A stretch of 50,884 bases of DNA from a virus (IMGVR_UViG_3300045970_000272:1-50884); one strand, 5' to 3'. Positions 29,301-37,724 are shown, counted from the stretch's first letter. A program made the numbers and translations. Notes: generated from the letters alone by a model not told the origin.

Positions 29301-31189
29301 TGACTGGTAGGGGTGCTTGGTCAAAGACATCTGGTAAGATCCCCCAACCCAACCCCGACCAACTCTCAATCTTCAACAAGAACGTCCCCTCGTACCACAC
29401 CGCCAAGGTGACAAACTCCACCGATGGTTCGGTCACACAGATGAACCTGCGCGACGTTAACCAGAATGCCGGTCCGTTCAGAACGGCAAGTAACCTGGGT
29501 TCGGACGTGGCTGGGAAGGTGCCAGCCCCATTCAACTACCAGCATGAACTGACCAATAAATCCATGATGAAGTCCCGAGGGATTATGTCGCTATTTGAGC
29601 CTTACATGGACAAGCAGGTTGGCAGGTTTGAAACGGCAACAGAGCAAGATGACTTTGTAGGCAAGATGTTCAACGAGATTGAAACCAAGATTGCCTCTGG
29701 TAAAGAACTAACCTTGGCGGATATAAAGTCAAACCTTAGAAATAACTTCCCCATGTTTGAGGGCAACCCCGAAGGGTTGAACCGTGCTGCGCGCGATATC
29801 CACAGCAATATGAAGTCATTTGGTGTGGCAGGCAAGGTTCCCTCTCCAAAAGAGATGGCTGACATGGAGTCATTCCTGCGCCAATCGGGTTCGACAGAGT
29901 CCGACATTAAGAGCGTGATGGAGCAGTACGCCAAAGCGGACGCCATCGCCCCCAACGCGCGCGGTAACGCCTTCACGGAAGCCAACCGAACGGACATCAA
30001 CACGGCGGGAAAGATACCCCAACCAACCAGCGTAGAACAGGACATTAAAGAGATAGCGCGCGCCTCTGAAGATTCGTTCGTGAAATACAAAATGCAAGAT
30101 TTGGTTAGGAATATGGGGGGAATGAGTAAAGACCAGATAGCTGCTGAACTTACCAAGCTATCAACATCAGACACCCTTGACAGCTTTGATAGGGAGAACC
30201 TGTCAAGCTTGTCCAATAAGCTCAACGGCGGCACCTACTCCAGCGCAAACGGTCGGTACGATATTGCTGGCAAGATTCCCAAACCTGCCGACGACGCCAT
30301 CGACATGATGCCCTGGTTGAAGAAGCAATCCAAAGAGGTACAAGACTTGGTATTTGGTGAGATTGCTGGTCAAGAAAATATGAGCGGTGACTTCTCCAAA
30401 GACTTCACCCAAGATGGACAGAACGCCTGGAACATTGAGATGCGCAAAGAGGCTCAAAAGTTTATGTTTGAACCCAAGAAAGTAGATCGAATTCATGCCC
30501 TGATCAACTCCCAATTCGGTCGAATGAACTTTGAGGATTACTACGATCCTATGGTCAAAGACCTCCAAAAGCTCGCGCAAAGCAAAACCCCCGTAGGTGA
30601 GGAGCAGGTGCAGGGAGTTCTTAAAAAGTACATCGGTGAACAGAACAACCAAGCTGGGACAATATTCTCTGAGGGAATGGAAATGATCCGTACAGGCAAG
30701 CTCCCCACCGTGAGCAAGGTGTCTGGAAAGATCCCCCAACCCATGAGCGCGGCCGACATGAAAGCGTTCGGTGGCAGGGACTACGGGTACGACCCAAATG
30801 AGACAAAGATACCTCAACAGCCCGTGCCAGTTCCCAAGCAAACTTTGGATATACCTCTCGATGAGGTTCAAGCAGAGATTGATGACGCGCCAGGTGACTA
30901 CACCAAGAACGCTGCACCAATGCTCAAAAAGGTGTGGGACGCAGGGCTTAGCCCTGACCAACTCAAAGTCGCCAGGGACGGCACAGTTACATTCCGACAG
31001 AGCTACTACTACAAGATGGGCAAGTCGCCTGAATTGTTAGCCAAACAGATTCAAAGCGCACTACCTGACGCGCAAATTGTCAGCACCAACGACGAGTTTG
31101 CACAGTGGCCCAAATCCAGCTACTTCGCGGTGAAGTTCAAAGTGCCAAAGGCAACTTCTGGAAAGATCCCGCTCATCCCAAAACGGTAG
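26378..31189 (+). CDS. Large polyvalent ejection protein (LPD23-like domain, HExxH metallopeptidase, 11 [AS]GK[VI]P-delimited modules)
   Basis: KFEIPD...KLGDVLDHKGLFEGYPELKD; LLHEIEHFVQNIEGF at about 27410; Y...PGESEA..VE.R; repeated linker motifs. Confidence 0.75.
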   Translation: MPITNQRIPKPLNDFTNGLKTAGRNVAMAIPSLPELRQGVKDFPKSFGEFTKAIPEGMGLAMRAADPVSALGGELLGQESPDPTRTLQRNGPDEGLASRTAKAIYEGKSLYGGLRQKGVHPALAFGAEMLTPSMWNLTAIGQAAKNFSGGVKINKASPTAVLKAVGDFAKESGTSLSTPQMAGIAAGFQPEFDENGNFKGMGYNEKRAGAALLILNLGLPVAGMIAGKAAKGFKDGNQFNRIADGAEGATKFEIPDVDAKINLNDESMKGLIRSGGEVTYKLGDVLDHKGLFEGYPELKDVDVTIARNNDAFTNKTALAESNTDTNGITIRPVGNVDQFRRNLLHEIEHFVQNIEGFQTGTLPEKMDIDPQLAIQRNVLMQARVATELKEKLGSWEAASTQMANDINPEIAKSAVSAAKQYDGLEDIKLAQQNIKSAIELDTWEKYNNMPGESEAGAVETRASMTPEQLASTDPYAAPKLANSGEMGNIPKPMSNIRPEDADWIKRSVDDVELMPNQFRNNLEDAGVDPAITDRLVNIKNDVARYKNDPETLQTIKQDLESVIGYRGRGAVPPSTLDVRAEAKAGLERYNGTNAGDGYDYPGVAGKVPQPADDSAWVKDQLVNDDMSSDEEMYKLFVDNGINPAQAKEVIKLRQSVMTDPYAGMNGSPQMNAVEKIMGVTPSESAVPGVSQADLVAAMKKTAGKVPAPTGDVGSNSLPYKRAFSSQQEYIDNVNYLRKLKVPESEIARIVPTVQDPSTYNETVTGGKYVPQKLNAISSREGILNGTIKDLESQIQAEISSGAQPYQYRQIQDELTKANNDLYDLQQYKSGVSGKVPSPELQTKLDQNKAIQQEIQDHLDDPMVNPNDPDTLEYKRELNKLALEETKLWEAIHGDDLKVAGKVPQPDDYTEWTFTGKDGTKTTVNGLRLKEMGMDIADYITQEGGQPFDVKVNENPVYGGDTNYDTTKPDSLFDSMTGRGAWSKTSGKIPQPNPDQLSIFNKNVPSYHTAKVTNSTDGSVTQMNLRDVNQNAGPFRTASNLGSDVAGKVPAPFNYQHELTNKSMMKSRGIMSLFEPYMDKQVGRFETATEQDDFVGKMFNEIETKIASGKELTLADIKSNLRNNFPMFEGNPEGLNRAARDIHSNMKSFGVAGKVPSPKEMADMESFLRQSGSTESDIKSVMEQYAKADAIAPNARGNAFTEANRTDINTAGKIPQPTSVEQDIKEIARASEDSFVKYKMQDLVRNMGGMSKDQIAAELTKLSTSDTLDSFDRENLSSLSNKLNGGTYSSANGRYDIAGKIPKPADDAIDMMPWLKKQSKEVQDLVFGEIAGQENMSGDFSKDFTQDGQNAWNIEMRKEAQKFMFEPKKVDRIHALINSQFGRMNFEDYYDPMVKDLQKLAQSKTPVGEEQVQGVLKKYIGEQNNQAGTIFSEGMEMIRTGKLPTVSKVSGKIPQPMSAADMKAFGGRDYGYDPNETKIPQQPVPVPKQTLDIPLDEVQAEIDDAPGDYTKNAAPMLKKVWDAGLSPDQLKVARDGTVTFRQSYYYKMGKSPELLAKQIQSALPDAQIVSTNDEFAQWPKSSYFAVKFKVPKATSGKIPLIPKR

Positions 31190-31220
31190 CCCCCACCCCC
31201 GTTGGTGGGGAAGTGGGGGG
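31177..31220 (+). promoter_or_regulatory. Candidate -1 programmed ribosomal frameshift signal
   Basis: In-frame C CCA AAA heptamer (31177..31183), spacer, then stem CCCCACC/GGTGGGG (31191..31210) and a downstream G-run able to pair with the loop. Confidence 0.7.
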
Positions 31221-31917
31221 AGAAATACCAGGAGGAGTGGCGGGAAAGATACCTAAACCCCTCATGGTGAACGAACAGGTCGCCCCCACGGATGTGGGTA
31301 AAGTCCGAGAAGATATTGGGGCTTTATTGAGTAAGAAATATAAAACCACGCTGGATGCATCGTTGGAAGACGAGCAGTTTAATCAAATAAAGAACGCCAG
31401 TCCTGGTGAGATAGAAAAGAGAATGGGATTTGTCTCCAATTTACTAGACACCGAACTGGCGAAGCGATGGAAGACAATCGACACCTACGAGTTAATAGCA
31501 AATAAAGCTGTACCAGACAAAGCCAAAGACAAGCTGATTGATGATGCCATCAAAGATTTGGAGGACGTTACTAAGTTCGCCGTGGTTAAGGTGGCTGGAG
31601 CAGACGGTAGAGAGGGTGAAGGGCTTGGCGCATTATCTGACTTCTTTAGTGAGGTGTACAAGGCGACTGGTAAAGATAAAGTCATCGCATTTGATAAGCT
31701 CATCAACATGATTCACTCCAACGATGGATCGGTACTGGCGGCCAACCTTGATATGAAGGTGGGTACGCCCGTGGCGAAGGCATTTAGCGAGATTGTTCTC
31801 GACAAACTCGATTCGTTGGCAGGAGGTATTCCAAAATCCTACTACCGCACCGAGTTTGGCAAATCTAGATACATACCAAAGTTTAGAGAATTACCAAAAC
31901 CAAAAGGAGTACGATGA
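31183..31917 (+). CDS. -1 frame C-terminal extension of the polyvalent protein (244 aa)
   Basis: Lies within ORF 31105..31917, which has no well-placed SD/start; contains a 12th AGKIPKP motif at 31240. Confidence 0.65.
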   Translation, partial: TVAPTPVGGEVGGEIPGGVAGKIPKPLMVNEQVAPTDVGKVREDIGALLSKKYKTTLDASLEDEQFNQIKNASPGEIEKRMGFVSNLLDTELAKRWKTIDTYELIANKAVPDKAKDKLIDDAIKDLEDVTKFAVVKVAGADGREGEGLGALSDFFSEVYKATGKDKVIAFDKLINMIHSNDGSVLAANLDMKVGTPVAKAFSEIVLDKLDSLAGGIPKSYYRTEFGKSRYIPKFRELPKPKGVR

Positions 31918-32132
31918 ACGAGTCCGCACTACAAAACATCCTCGAAAGCGGACTACTGGGAGCGATGCTTGTCATCGCGCTTGGGGTAATCGCTTTCCTT
32001 TATCGAGAGCTTTCAAAAGAGAAACAGGATCGGCTCGACGATCTTAAAGAGGTCTGGAAAGGTGACCTCGTATTCCGCGAGCAGATTAAGCAAACCCTAG
32101 AAAATATAACCGAACTGCTAAGGGGGAAATAA
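31914..32132 (+). CDS. Holin-like membrane protein
   Basis: One TM helix (SGLLGAMLVIALGVIAFLY) followed by a coiled coil; upstream of the peptidase. Confidence 0.55.
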   Translation: MNESALQNILESGLLGAMLVIALGVIAFLYRELSKEKQDRLDDLKEVWKGDLVFREQIKQTLENITELLRGK

Positions 32133-32344
32133 TGTGCCAAGAACATAAACACAATTTCATTAATCATCTGCTCGGTCGGTGCAAGCATCAGGAACGTATC
32201 CAAGAGCTACACCAACAGATCGCTGAGACACGGCAGATTACCAGCGATGAACTCGAGGAGTTCAATCAACGACTAAACATAATAATTAAAGATGAGAACG
32301 TGAGGATTACCCTCAAGAACATCAAGAAAGTGAGCGGCAAATGA
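32132..32344 (+). CDS. Coiled-coil hypothetical protein (lysis region)
   Basis: 70 aa, TAATG-coupled. Confidence 0.55.
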   Translation: MCQEHKHNFINHLLGRCKHQERIQELHQQIAETRQITSDELEEFNQRLNIIIKDENVRITLKNIKKVSGK

Positions 32345-32685
32345 CACTCGACCTATTCCTGAACATCATTTTGTTCGCTGCGCGCGTGCTGACTGCAATC
32401 TTTACATTCATATTGGCGTTCAACTTGCTGGCGGAGTGGAGAGGTGCGACTGAAGAGTCCAGCGGGCTTCAAGATACTCGTGTCACGATGGTCATATTGA
32501 TCGTTTCCCTGTTGCTGGAGAACTTCTTGTACACCTTGGCGTACATTCACGGCGGGTTCGATACCTTGAAACTTAACCAATGGATCACCGATGTTAAGCC
32601 CCTTTTTATCCTGTCCCGATGGGGGATATTTGTGGCGGTGCTTAGATTATTTCTGTTATTTTACCGTAAGCACAAGGAGGAATGA
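32341..32685 (+). CDS. Three-TM membrane protein (holin candidate)
   Basis: Three hydrophobic segments and a basic C-terminus. Confidence 0.6.
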   Translation: MTLDLFLNIILFAARVLTAIFTFILAFNLLAEWRGATEESSGLQDTRVTMVILIVSLLLENFLYTLAYIHGGFDTLKLNQWITDVKPLFILSRWGIFVAVLRLFLLFYRKHKEE

Positions 32686-33167
32686 TGTTAATCGTTGCGC
32701 CTTTGAGCCAAAGAGACCCGCGCTGGGCTAAGACCAAACTGGGCTTCTCCCCGTACACTATCGGTTCCGACGGTTGCACCGTCACCGCGTTCACCATGCT
32801 TGTAAACTTTGTGTACCGAACAAGCTATCGAGTCGATGAGGTCAATGAAAAGCTTAAATCAGTCGATGCGTTCGCCAAGAATACGGCTGGGTACAAATGT
32901 TTACTCATTTGGTCGGCGGCGTGCAAAGCGTACCCCCGATTGAAGTTCACTTGGAGAGCTTATAACTACGACAATCCGAAGACCTGGTGGTCTATCAATA
33001 TCCTCAAAATGCCCGTGATGGTGGAGGTAAATGCTGCGTCGATTGGCGCGTATCGTCATTGGGTGCTTTATCTGGGCGACCAGAAGTGCGTTGACCCCTG
33101 GGTGGGTCAGCTTGTTTCAACTGCAAAATACCCTGCTACTGGCTGTGCTTTTTACCAGTTAAGTTAA
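32682..33167 (+). CDS. C39-like cysteine peptidase (probable endolysin)
   Basis: SQRDPRW..LG...TIGSDGCTVT (catalytic Cys), HWVL, VDPW. Confidence 0.75.
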   Translation: MMLIVAPLSQRDPRWAKTKLGFSPYTIGSDGCTVTAFTMLVNFVYRTSYRVDEVNEKLKSVDAFAKNTAGYKCLLIWSAACKAYPRLKFTWRAYNYDNPKTWWSINILKMPVMVEVNAASIGAYRHWVLYLGDQKCVDPWVGQLVSTAKYPATGCAFYQLS

Positions 33168-33179
33168 GCTAGAAAGAGG

Positions 33180-33383
33180 GTGATTACTATTATCGAGTTC
33201 CTGATCACGCTATTACTCATAGCGGTGGTGATTTATGTTGTCAATTTGATCATCGGAATGTTGAACCTACCTCCCCAAGTGAAAACGATAGCCTTTTTGA
33301 TTATTGGCTTGGTGTTTCTCTTTTGGTTGCTGAACTTCTTCGGCATCTACAGTGGTGGCATCAACAAGCCAATGATCCGATAA
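33180..33383 (+). CDS. Small two-TM membrane protein
   Basis: Two hydrophobic helices joined by LNLPPQVK. Confidence 0.65.
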   Translation: MITIIEFLITLLLIAVVIYVVNLIIGMLNLPPQVKTIAFLIIGLVFLFWLLNFFGIYSGGINKPMIR

Positions 33384-33466
33384 CTTCGGGTATTCTGCTT
33401 CTTGCGCGTAGGGGTATTCATCGTGGTAAAAAAATAGGGAAGGGATTAATTAAATGACATCTGCCC

Positions 33467-34006
33467 ATGTCTCATGAGTTTCTGCAACAGTTACCTGAAG
33501 TGTTTAGATGGGGAGCATTAGGACTCCCCTTTTTATTAGCCCTTACCTCCAAGCAAAGACGAGAAATAATCGAACGAGATGACGGACAGTCTCAAATGCG
33601 CCACTACTCCGAGGAGCAGGGGTGGCACACGCTCCCGCCGTGCGAACCCGATGGCTGCAAACTCCAGGTACACCACATTCAACTGCAACGCGATGGCGGG
33701 CAAGATGTCCCCGATAACCTAATCACCCTGGCACAGTGCGAACACACAGGCAAGCGGTGTGACGGCACGATGGTCGACCCCACTCAAGACTTCGTGGTTC
33801 ACCCAGACGTGATTGACGCGGTCAACGCATACAGGGGGGGAGTAAAGAACGCGTTTGAGCTGATGGCACAGGCGCGTAACGAGGTTCTAGGACAGGGTGA
33901 GATTTACCACAACCCCGACCACGACGCGGAGATGGCAGAAACCGCCCTGGAGCGCACACTAAATGCGGTGGCTGCAGGCTGGAGATTTACCTTCGGCAAA
34001 CGATAA
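33467..34006 (+). CDS. HNH endonuclease
   Basis: QRREIIERD...LQVHHIQ...GGQDVPDNLITL...EH. Confidence 0.75.
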   Translation: MSHEFLQQLPEVFRWGALGLPFLLALTSKQRREIIERDDGQSQMRHYSEEQGWHTLPPCEPDGCKLQVHHIQLQRDGGQDVPDNLITLAQCEHTGKRCDGTMVDPTQDFVVHPDVIDAVNAYRGGVKNAFELMAQARNEVLGQGEIYHNPDHDAEMAETALERTLNAVAAGWRFTFGKR

Positions 34007-34108
34007 TCCACTCGGGGTGTTGGCATTGTAATGCCCGTGTTGATCCACGTCTTTTGCAATTCCCGAGAGATGGCTACCACGCGCCACCAACGATATTCAA
34101 AGCCGAAT

Positions 34109-34558
34109 TTATCCGTTCGGAATTGGCGCAGGTGGGGAATCTGCGGGCGGTTCGCCTATCGTGGATTGCAAATACCAATGGTAAAAGGCTGAGTCGCCTC
34201 CCAAATGATTCCACAGCTCCTTGCTCGCAACGCGCGCCGTGTCGTAATCCCACCCGTTGTTCAATAGGGCATCGGGATACTTGGCTGCGTTTCTCATCAA
34301 CTTCAATTCCACCACCTGCGCGGGGTCTAATCCGAGGTCGTTGCACATTTTCAACGCCAAATACAGCACGTCGCCCAGCTCGGACGCCACCTCAAACACT
34401 CCATTGGGTAAAAGATCAAAGTTCTCTACGGAAGTTACCAGCTCGTCAGACTCTTCGCGGATTTGCTTTGCCAGCGACGACGGGTCGTCGTGTTCCGACC
34501 ACGTTTGACGGTTTTGGTTCTGGCGCGCTATCTGCTTTTGGAGTGATTCGAGTGACAT
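34109..34558 (-). CDS. mazG: MazG-like nucleotide pyrophosphohydrolase
   Basis: IREESDEL...ELGDVLY...KLMRNAAKYP. Confidence 0.8.
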   Translation of the reverse strand: MSLESLQKQIARQNQNRQTWSEHDDPSSLAKQIREESDELVTSVENFDLLPNGVFEVASELGDVLYLALKMCNDLGLDPAQVVELKLMRNAAKYPDALLNNGWDYDTARVASKELWNHLGGDSAFYHWYLQSTIGEPPADSPPAPIPNG

Positions 34559-34805
34559 TGGTTTCTAAATTATCACTTTTTGGCTCGGGTTTGAATAAGA
34601 CCGTGTGGGCGTCCTCGTCGTGATCCTCCAAATACTGATTCTTCACCGCTCCAGGGGGCGCAGTTTGGTGCGTACCCAACGCGAGCAGTTTGGCGGCTTT
34701 CAAAACGTCCACCTCCATCACGCGACCACGAGAGTTTACGACTAATGTTGTAGGCATAGGCTCTACCTCAACTTTCTTCTGGGGTTGTTCCCAAATCAGT
34801 GACAT
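34446..34805 (-). CDS. Hypothetical protein
   Basis: 119-aa ORF between rusA and mazG; its 3' end overlaps mazG. Confidence 0.5.
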   Translation of the reverse strand: MSLIWEQPQKKVEVEPMPTTLVVNSRGRVMEVDVLKAAKLLALGTHQTAPPGAVKNQYLEDHDEDAHTVLFKPEPKSDNLETNVTRITPKADSAPEPKPSNVVGTRRPVVAGKANPRRV

Positions 34806-35151
34806 AAATGACCACCTTGTCTAATTTATCTTGATAACGCTTGGCTTCTAACCACACAATCAACCCGTCGTTCTTGTAAACGCGCGCCGTTTGCAGGACG
34901 TCAAACAGGAGCTTAAACGAGCTGTCGATGTCGCGCTTGTAGGTGACGTGCAGCTCTACGCTCACCTTGCACGGTCCCGTAATCATGGGTTGTTGCTTTT
35001 TGGCGTTTTGAATTACCACCCAGGCGTCCCTTTGCCACGCTTTCGCTGTAGAAGTCTTGTAGGGGTACGGACGTCCCTCACGCGAACTGGTTGATCGGTA
35101 CGCGTGGTTGAGTGTGGGTGGGAGTGGTAGTTCAATTTTCAATTCGGTCAT
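34768..35151 (-). CDS. rusA: RusA-like Holliday junction resolvase
   Basis: LPLPPTLNHAYR, RDIDSSFKLLFDVL, YKNDGLI; start at ATG 35151. Confidence 0.85.
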   Translation of the reverse strand: MTELKIELPLPPTLNHAYRSTSSREGRPYPYKTSTAKAWQRDAWVVIQNAKKQQPMITGPCKVSVELHVTYKRDIDSSFKLLFDVLQTARVYKNDGLIVWLEAKRYQDKLDKVVIYVTDLGTTPEES

Positions 35152-35156
35152 AGTAA

Positions 35157-35594
35157 CTATGCTGCGTGCAAATCGTAAGCCGACACCTTTACGTCGACTG
35201 CTGGTTTCATAAGAGCAGTATATGCCTTCCACTCAGCGTTGTACTTTTTGGTATCCTCATCGACCGACATTCCAAACATCATCATGGTTCCGATGGCGTG
35301 CCATTTACCTTCAAGGTCAATGAACGCGTACGGCTTGCTGACTTGATTGAATATAATGTCCTCGATAAGTGCTTCATCACAGCGTCCTTTTGGGTAGGCT
35401 GGGTTGTCGAGCAGAGTCGAGGGATCGCCCTGCTTGCCGACAGACCCCTTTCGCAATTTGAAGTAGGCATACCAGCGTCCGCCGAGCTTGTACCAATCCC
35501 ATTTTGGATCGGGACCGTCCGCGCGGAACTGGTGCAGAATATCCTTAGGATTTTCATTTTTACGACTAAACACAACACACGCAAAATGGCTCAT
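35157..35594 (-). CDS. Conserved phage hypothetical protein
   Basis: MSHFACVV, PKWDWYKLGGRW, YAFIDLEGKWH..G, YDLH; ATG 35594 follows AAAGGA. Confidence 0.7.
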   Translation of the reverse strand: MSHFACVVFSRKNENPKDILHQFRADGPDPKWDWYKLGGRWYAYFKLRKGSVGKQGDPSTLLDNPAYPKGRCDEALIEDIIFNQVSKPYAFIDLEGKWHAIGTMMMFGMSVDEDTKKYNAEWKAYTALMKPAVDVKVSAYDLHAA

Positions 35595-35677
35595 ATTTCC
35601 TTTGTGGCTTTTGGGGGGCTGGTTTCCCAACCCCCCATTAACCTTCTAGCTAGACTGTTAAGCGTTGGCAAAGCCAA

Positions 35678-35827
35678 CTAAATAGGTTGCTCTCGGTTAT
35701 CATCAACTAGCTGTTGGTTGTCCTCCAGCTTCTTAACTCGAGCGTCTAGTATTACAACCAGACCCAAAACTTCCTTCACCATTGAGTGCAAATCTTTGAT
35801 GACTTGTAGTAATTTTGGGTTGGTCAT
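35678..35827 (-). CDS. Small coiled-coil protein
   Basis: MTNPKLLQVIK...RVKKLE within ORF 35678..35881. Confidence 0.5.
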   Translation of the reverse strand: MTNPKLLQVIKDLHSMVKEVLGLVVILDARVKKLEDNQQLVDDNREQPI

Positions 35828-35828
35828 A

Positions 35829-36566
35829 TTAGTACAAACGAACTCTACTTTTCTTGGCGTTGAAATTGTAAACAGTTTCAATCGCCTTAAGGTACTCCTC
35901 TCGGGTTACCTGTTTACCAAAGGTTGTACCAGTCAGCTCCAATTTTGCAATCAAAGTTTCATGGCTCAACTCAAATCGGTAGTAGAAAAGGTGCATCGCT
36001 TGAATGAACATTCTGTTCTGCCAGACGTTCCCGATCGTGTACCTGGATAGCTCCTTGAGTCTGGCTACAAACTCTTCAGAGGCTTCCATGTCAGTCACTT
36101 CAAACTTGCCCTCTCTGAACACTTTGCCGTGCATTACTACGGTTTGTGTCCTACCTGCAAACAAGATGGCGATCGCGTTGGCGATGGACAGTCCATGCTC
36201 GTTTGCGAATGGGTGGATCTTCTCGTACTCCTTATTCCCATTCTTGACGTGAGATTGCAGGTAATCTTCGGTCGTCCACATTTTGGATCGGGAGTTAAGC
36301 GTTATAACGTCGCTCAGCTTGAGTCCCTTACCGATAATGTAGAACACTTCAACTTGGAGGCGTTTGGCGGCTTCCAAGCGGTGTTGTCCGTCGATGATCT
36401 GCATATTCTCGTTTACGAGGATTGGTTGGTATTGCAGAAGGTTGTTGGCGCGTACTGCGGCGATAAGGTTTGCGAGATGCCCTCTGTCAATTAATCGGTT
36501 CCCCGTAACTGTGTCAAAGATGCTGTACTTCGAGGTGTTTTGTATTGTTAAGTTCAATTTAATCAC
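35829..36566 (-). CDS. ParB/Srx-like domain protein
   Basis: GNRLIDRGHL, PILVNENMQIIDGQHRLEAA; the true start may be TTG 36557. Confidence 0.75.
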   Translation of the reverse strand: MIKLNLTIQNTSKYSIFDTVTGNRLIDRGHLANLIAAVRANNLLQYQPILVNENMQIIDGQHRLEAAKRLQVEVFYIIGKGLKLSDVITLNSRSKMWTTEDYLQSHVKNGNKEYEKIHPFANEHGLSIANAIAILFAGRTQTVVMHGKVFREGKFEVTDMEASEEFVARLKELSRYTIGNVWQNRMFIQAMHLFYYRFELSHETLIAKLELTGTTFGKQVTREEYLKAIETVYNFNAKKSRVRLY

Positions 36567-36583
36567 CCCCCTTCTTGAGGTCT

Positions 36584-36619
36584 ACTATACCTCTAAGATG
36601 GGGGAAATGCCACCTTTAC
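36584..36619 (-). promoter_or_regulatory. Early promoter, copy 1 of a shared motif
   Basis: GTAAAGGTGGCATTTCCCCCATCTTAGAGGTATAGT on the - strand; near-copy at 45564..45598. Confidence 0.55.
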
Positions 36620-36623
36620 ACCA

Positions 36624-37034
36624 TTATGCTTTGCGCATGGGTGCTGGGCGGTAATACACCTCAAAGTTCTTATACTCGGACGCTTTGTCTTTGGTTTCCT
36701 TCATTCCCGCGTACTCAATCCGCACCTCGTTACCGACCGCAATTTTCACCGAGCCGTCGTCGTTGAAGAACTTGCCGTCAATCACGGTTGATCCCCAAAC
36801 GCCGTAGGTATTGCCGGTCCCAGGTTGCTGGATTATGTAAAGGTTTGACTTGTGTTTGCCGATGTCGTGGCGCACTTCCAGCAACAGACCTTCGATGGCT
36901 GCGCCGTTCTTGGCAAAGTCCCAAATCTCCTCTTCGCCACCGCCAACCTTAGTCCAGCCGTTGTCGCCAGGGGGAAAGGTGTCGTTGAGTGCCATTGATA
37001 AATCCGCCGTACTCATCTTGTCTACCGTAACCAT
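36624..37034 (-). CDS. Single-stranded DNA-binding protein-like (OB fold)
   Basis: IWDF...IEGLL, YGVWGST, GNEVRIEYAG, YKNFEV; adjacent to the exonuclease. Confidence 0.55.
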   Translation of the reverse strand: MVTVDKMSTADLSMALNDTFPPGDNGWTKVGGGEEEIWDFAKNGAAIEGLLLEVRHDIGKHKSNLYIIQQPGTGNTYGVWGSTVIDGKFFNDDGSVKIAVGNEVRIEYAGMKETKDKASEYKNFEVYYRPAPMRKA

Positions 37035-37038
37035 AAGG

Positions 37039-37707
37039 TTATCTCCTGTAATAATTAACTTTTGCTAACATATCCTTGTTCGACCATTCCCAGAGCTTTT
37101 TGGCTGCCAGGAACGCTTCAAAGTCGTCCTCCATCCATTGGAACTTGTACACACCCTCGGGCATCAAAAGCAAGACGCCGATGCGCTTGATGTCCATGCC
37201 GTCACAGTGCTTGTAGGCGGACAATTGAAGCCCCGATTCCATGTAAATATCCTTCCCCGTTTTCACATCAATAATGCAATCGTCCCCTCCAACTTTGAGG
37301 TGAAGGTCCAATGTCCCGCCGTAGCCCTCTTTCTCGTTTACGACAGTCTTTTCATGCTCCAAGATAACAGCCTGGTACTCTTTGACCCAGGTGTCGAACG
37401 CCGTGGCGTACCCCTGGTACTCAGCGTTCTCTGGAGTGAGGACGCGCCCTGTTTCTTTGAAAGATTCAACGATTGAATGGACGGTTGTACCGCGATTCTT
37501 CGCCTTACCTGACACCGACCAGGGTGCTGCTAAGGCTTCCTTTTCACCGATGCCTGGGGTGCGGACTGTCGCCCAGTAAACTTCACGACCAAACCAGAAC
37601 CGAAGTGCTGGCTTGTCTATGATTTGCAAAATGCCTGTCACCGATGCGTAGGGTAATCCGTTGTGGAAATAAAACCCACCGCGCTTGTTTGATTTTTGAT
37701 TTGCCAT
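37039..37707 (-). CDS. PD-(D/E)XK exonuclease
   Basis: SVTGIL, RGTTVH, YGGTLD, IIDVKTG, QLSAY. Confidence 0.85.
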   Translation of the reverse strand: MANQKSNKRGGFYFHNGLPYASVTGILQIIDKPALRFWFGREVYWATVRTPGIGEKEALAAPWSVSGKAKNRGTTVHSIVESFKETGRVLTPENAEYQGYATAFDTWVKEYQAVILEHEKTVVNEKEGYGGTLDLHLKVGGDDCIIDVKTGKDIYMESGLQLSAYKHCDGMDIKRIGVLLLMPEGVYKFQWMEDDFEAFLAAKKLWEWSNKDMLAKVNYYRR

Positions 37708-37724
37708 AGGTACAAATTACCACA

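Noticed and set aside
1870-30961. Many antisense and alternate-frame ORFs in the ORF track (e.g. 1870..2367, 4754..5263, 29602..30234, 30203..30961)
   Set aside because: They lie wholly within well-supported genes on the opposite strand or frame and lack SD sites and motifs; these are shadow ORFs.
35613-35636. GNRA-capped hairpin as a terminator
   Set aside because: On the transcribed - strand it is followed by A's, not U's. It is more likely a stability element, and there is too little evidence to call.
37039-37707. Exonuclease as Cas4 serving array acquisition
   Set aside because: It lacks the four-Cys Fe-S motif, sits with SSB/DnaB in a normal recombination module, and is 5 kb from the array.
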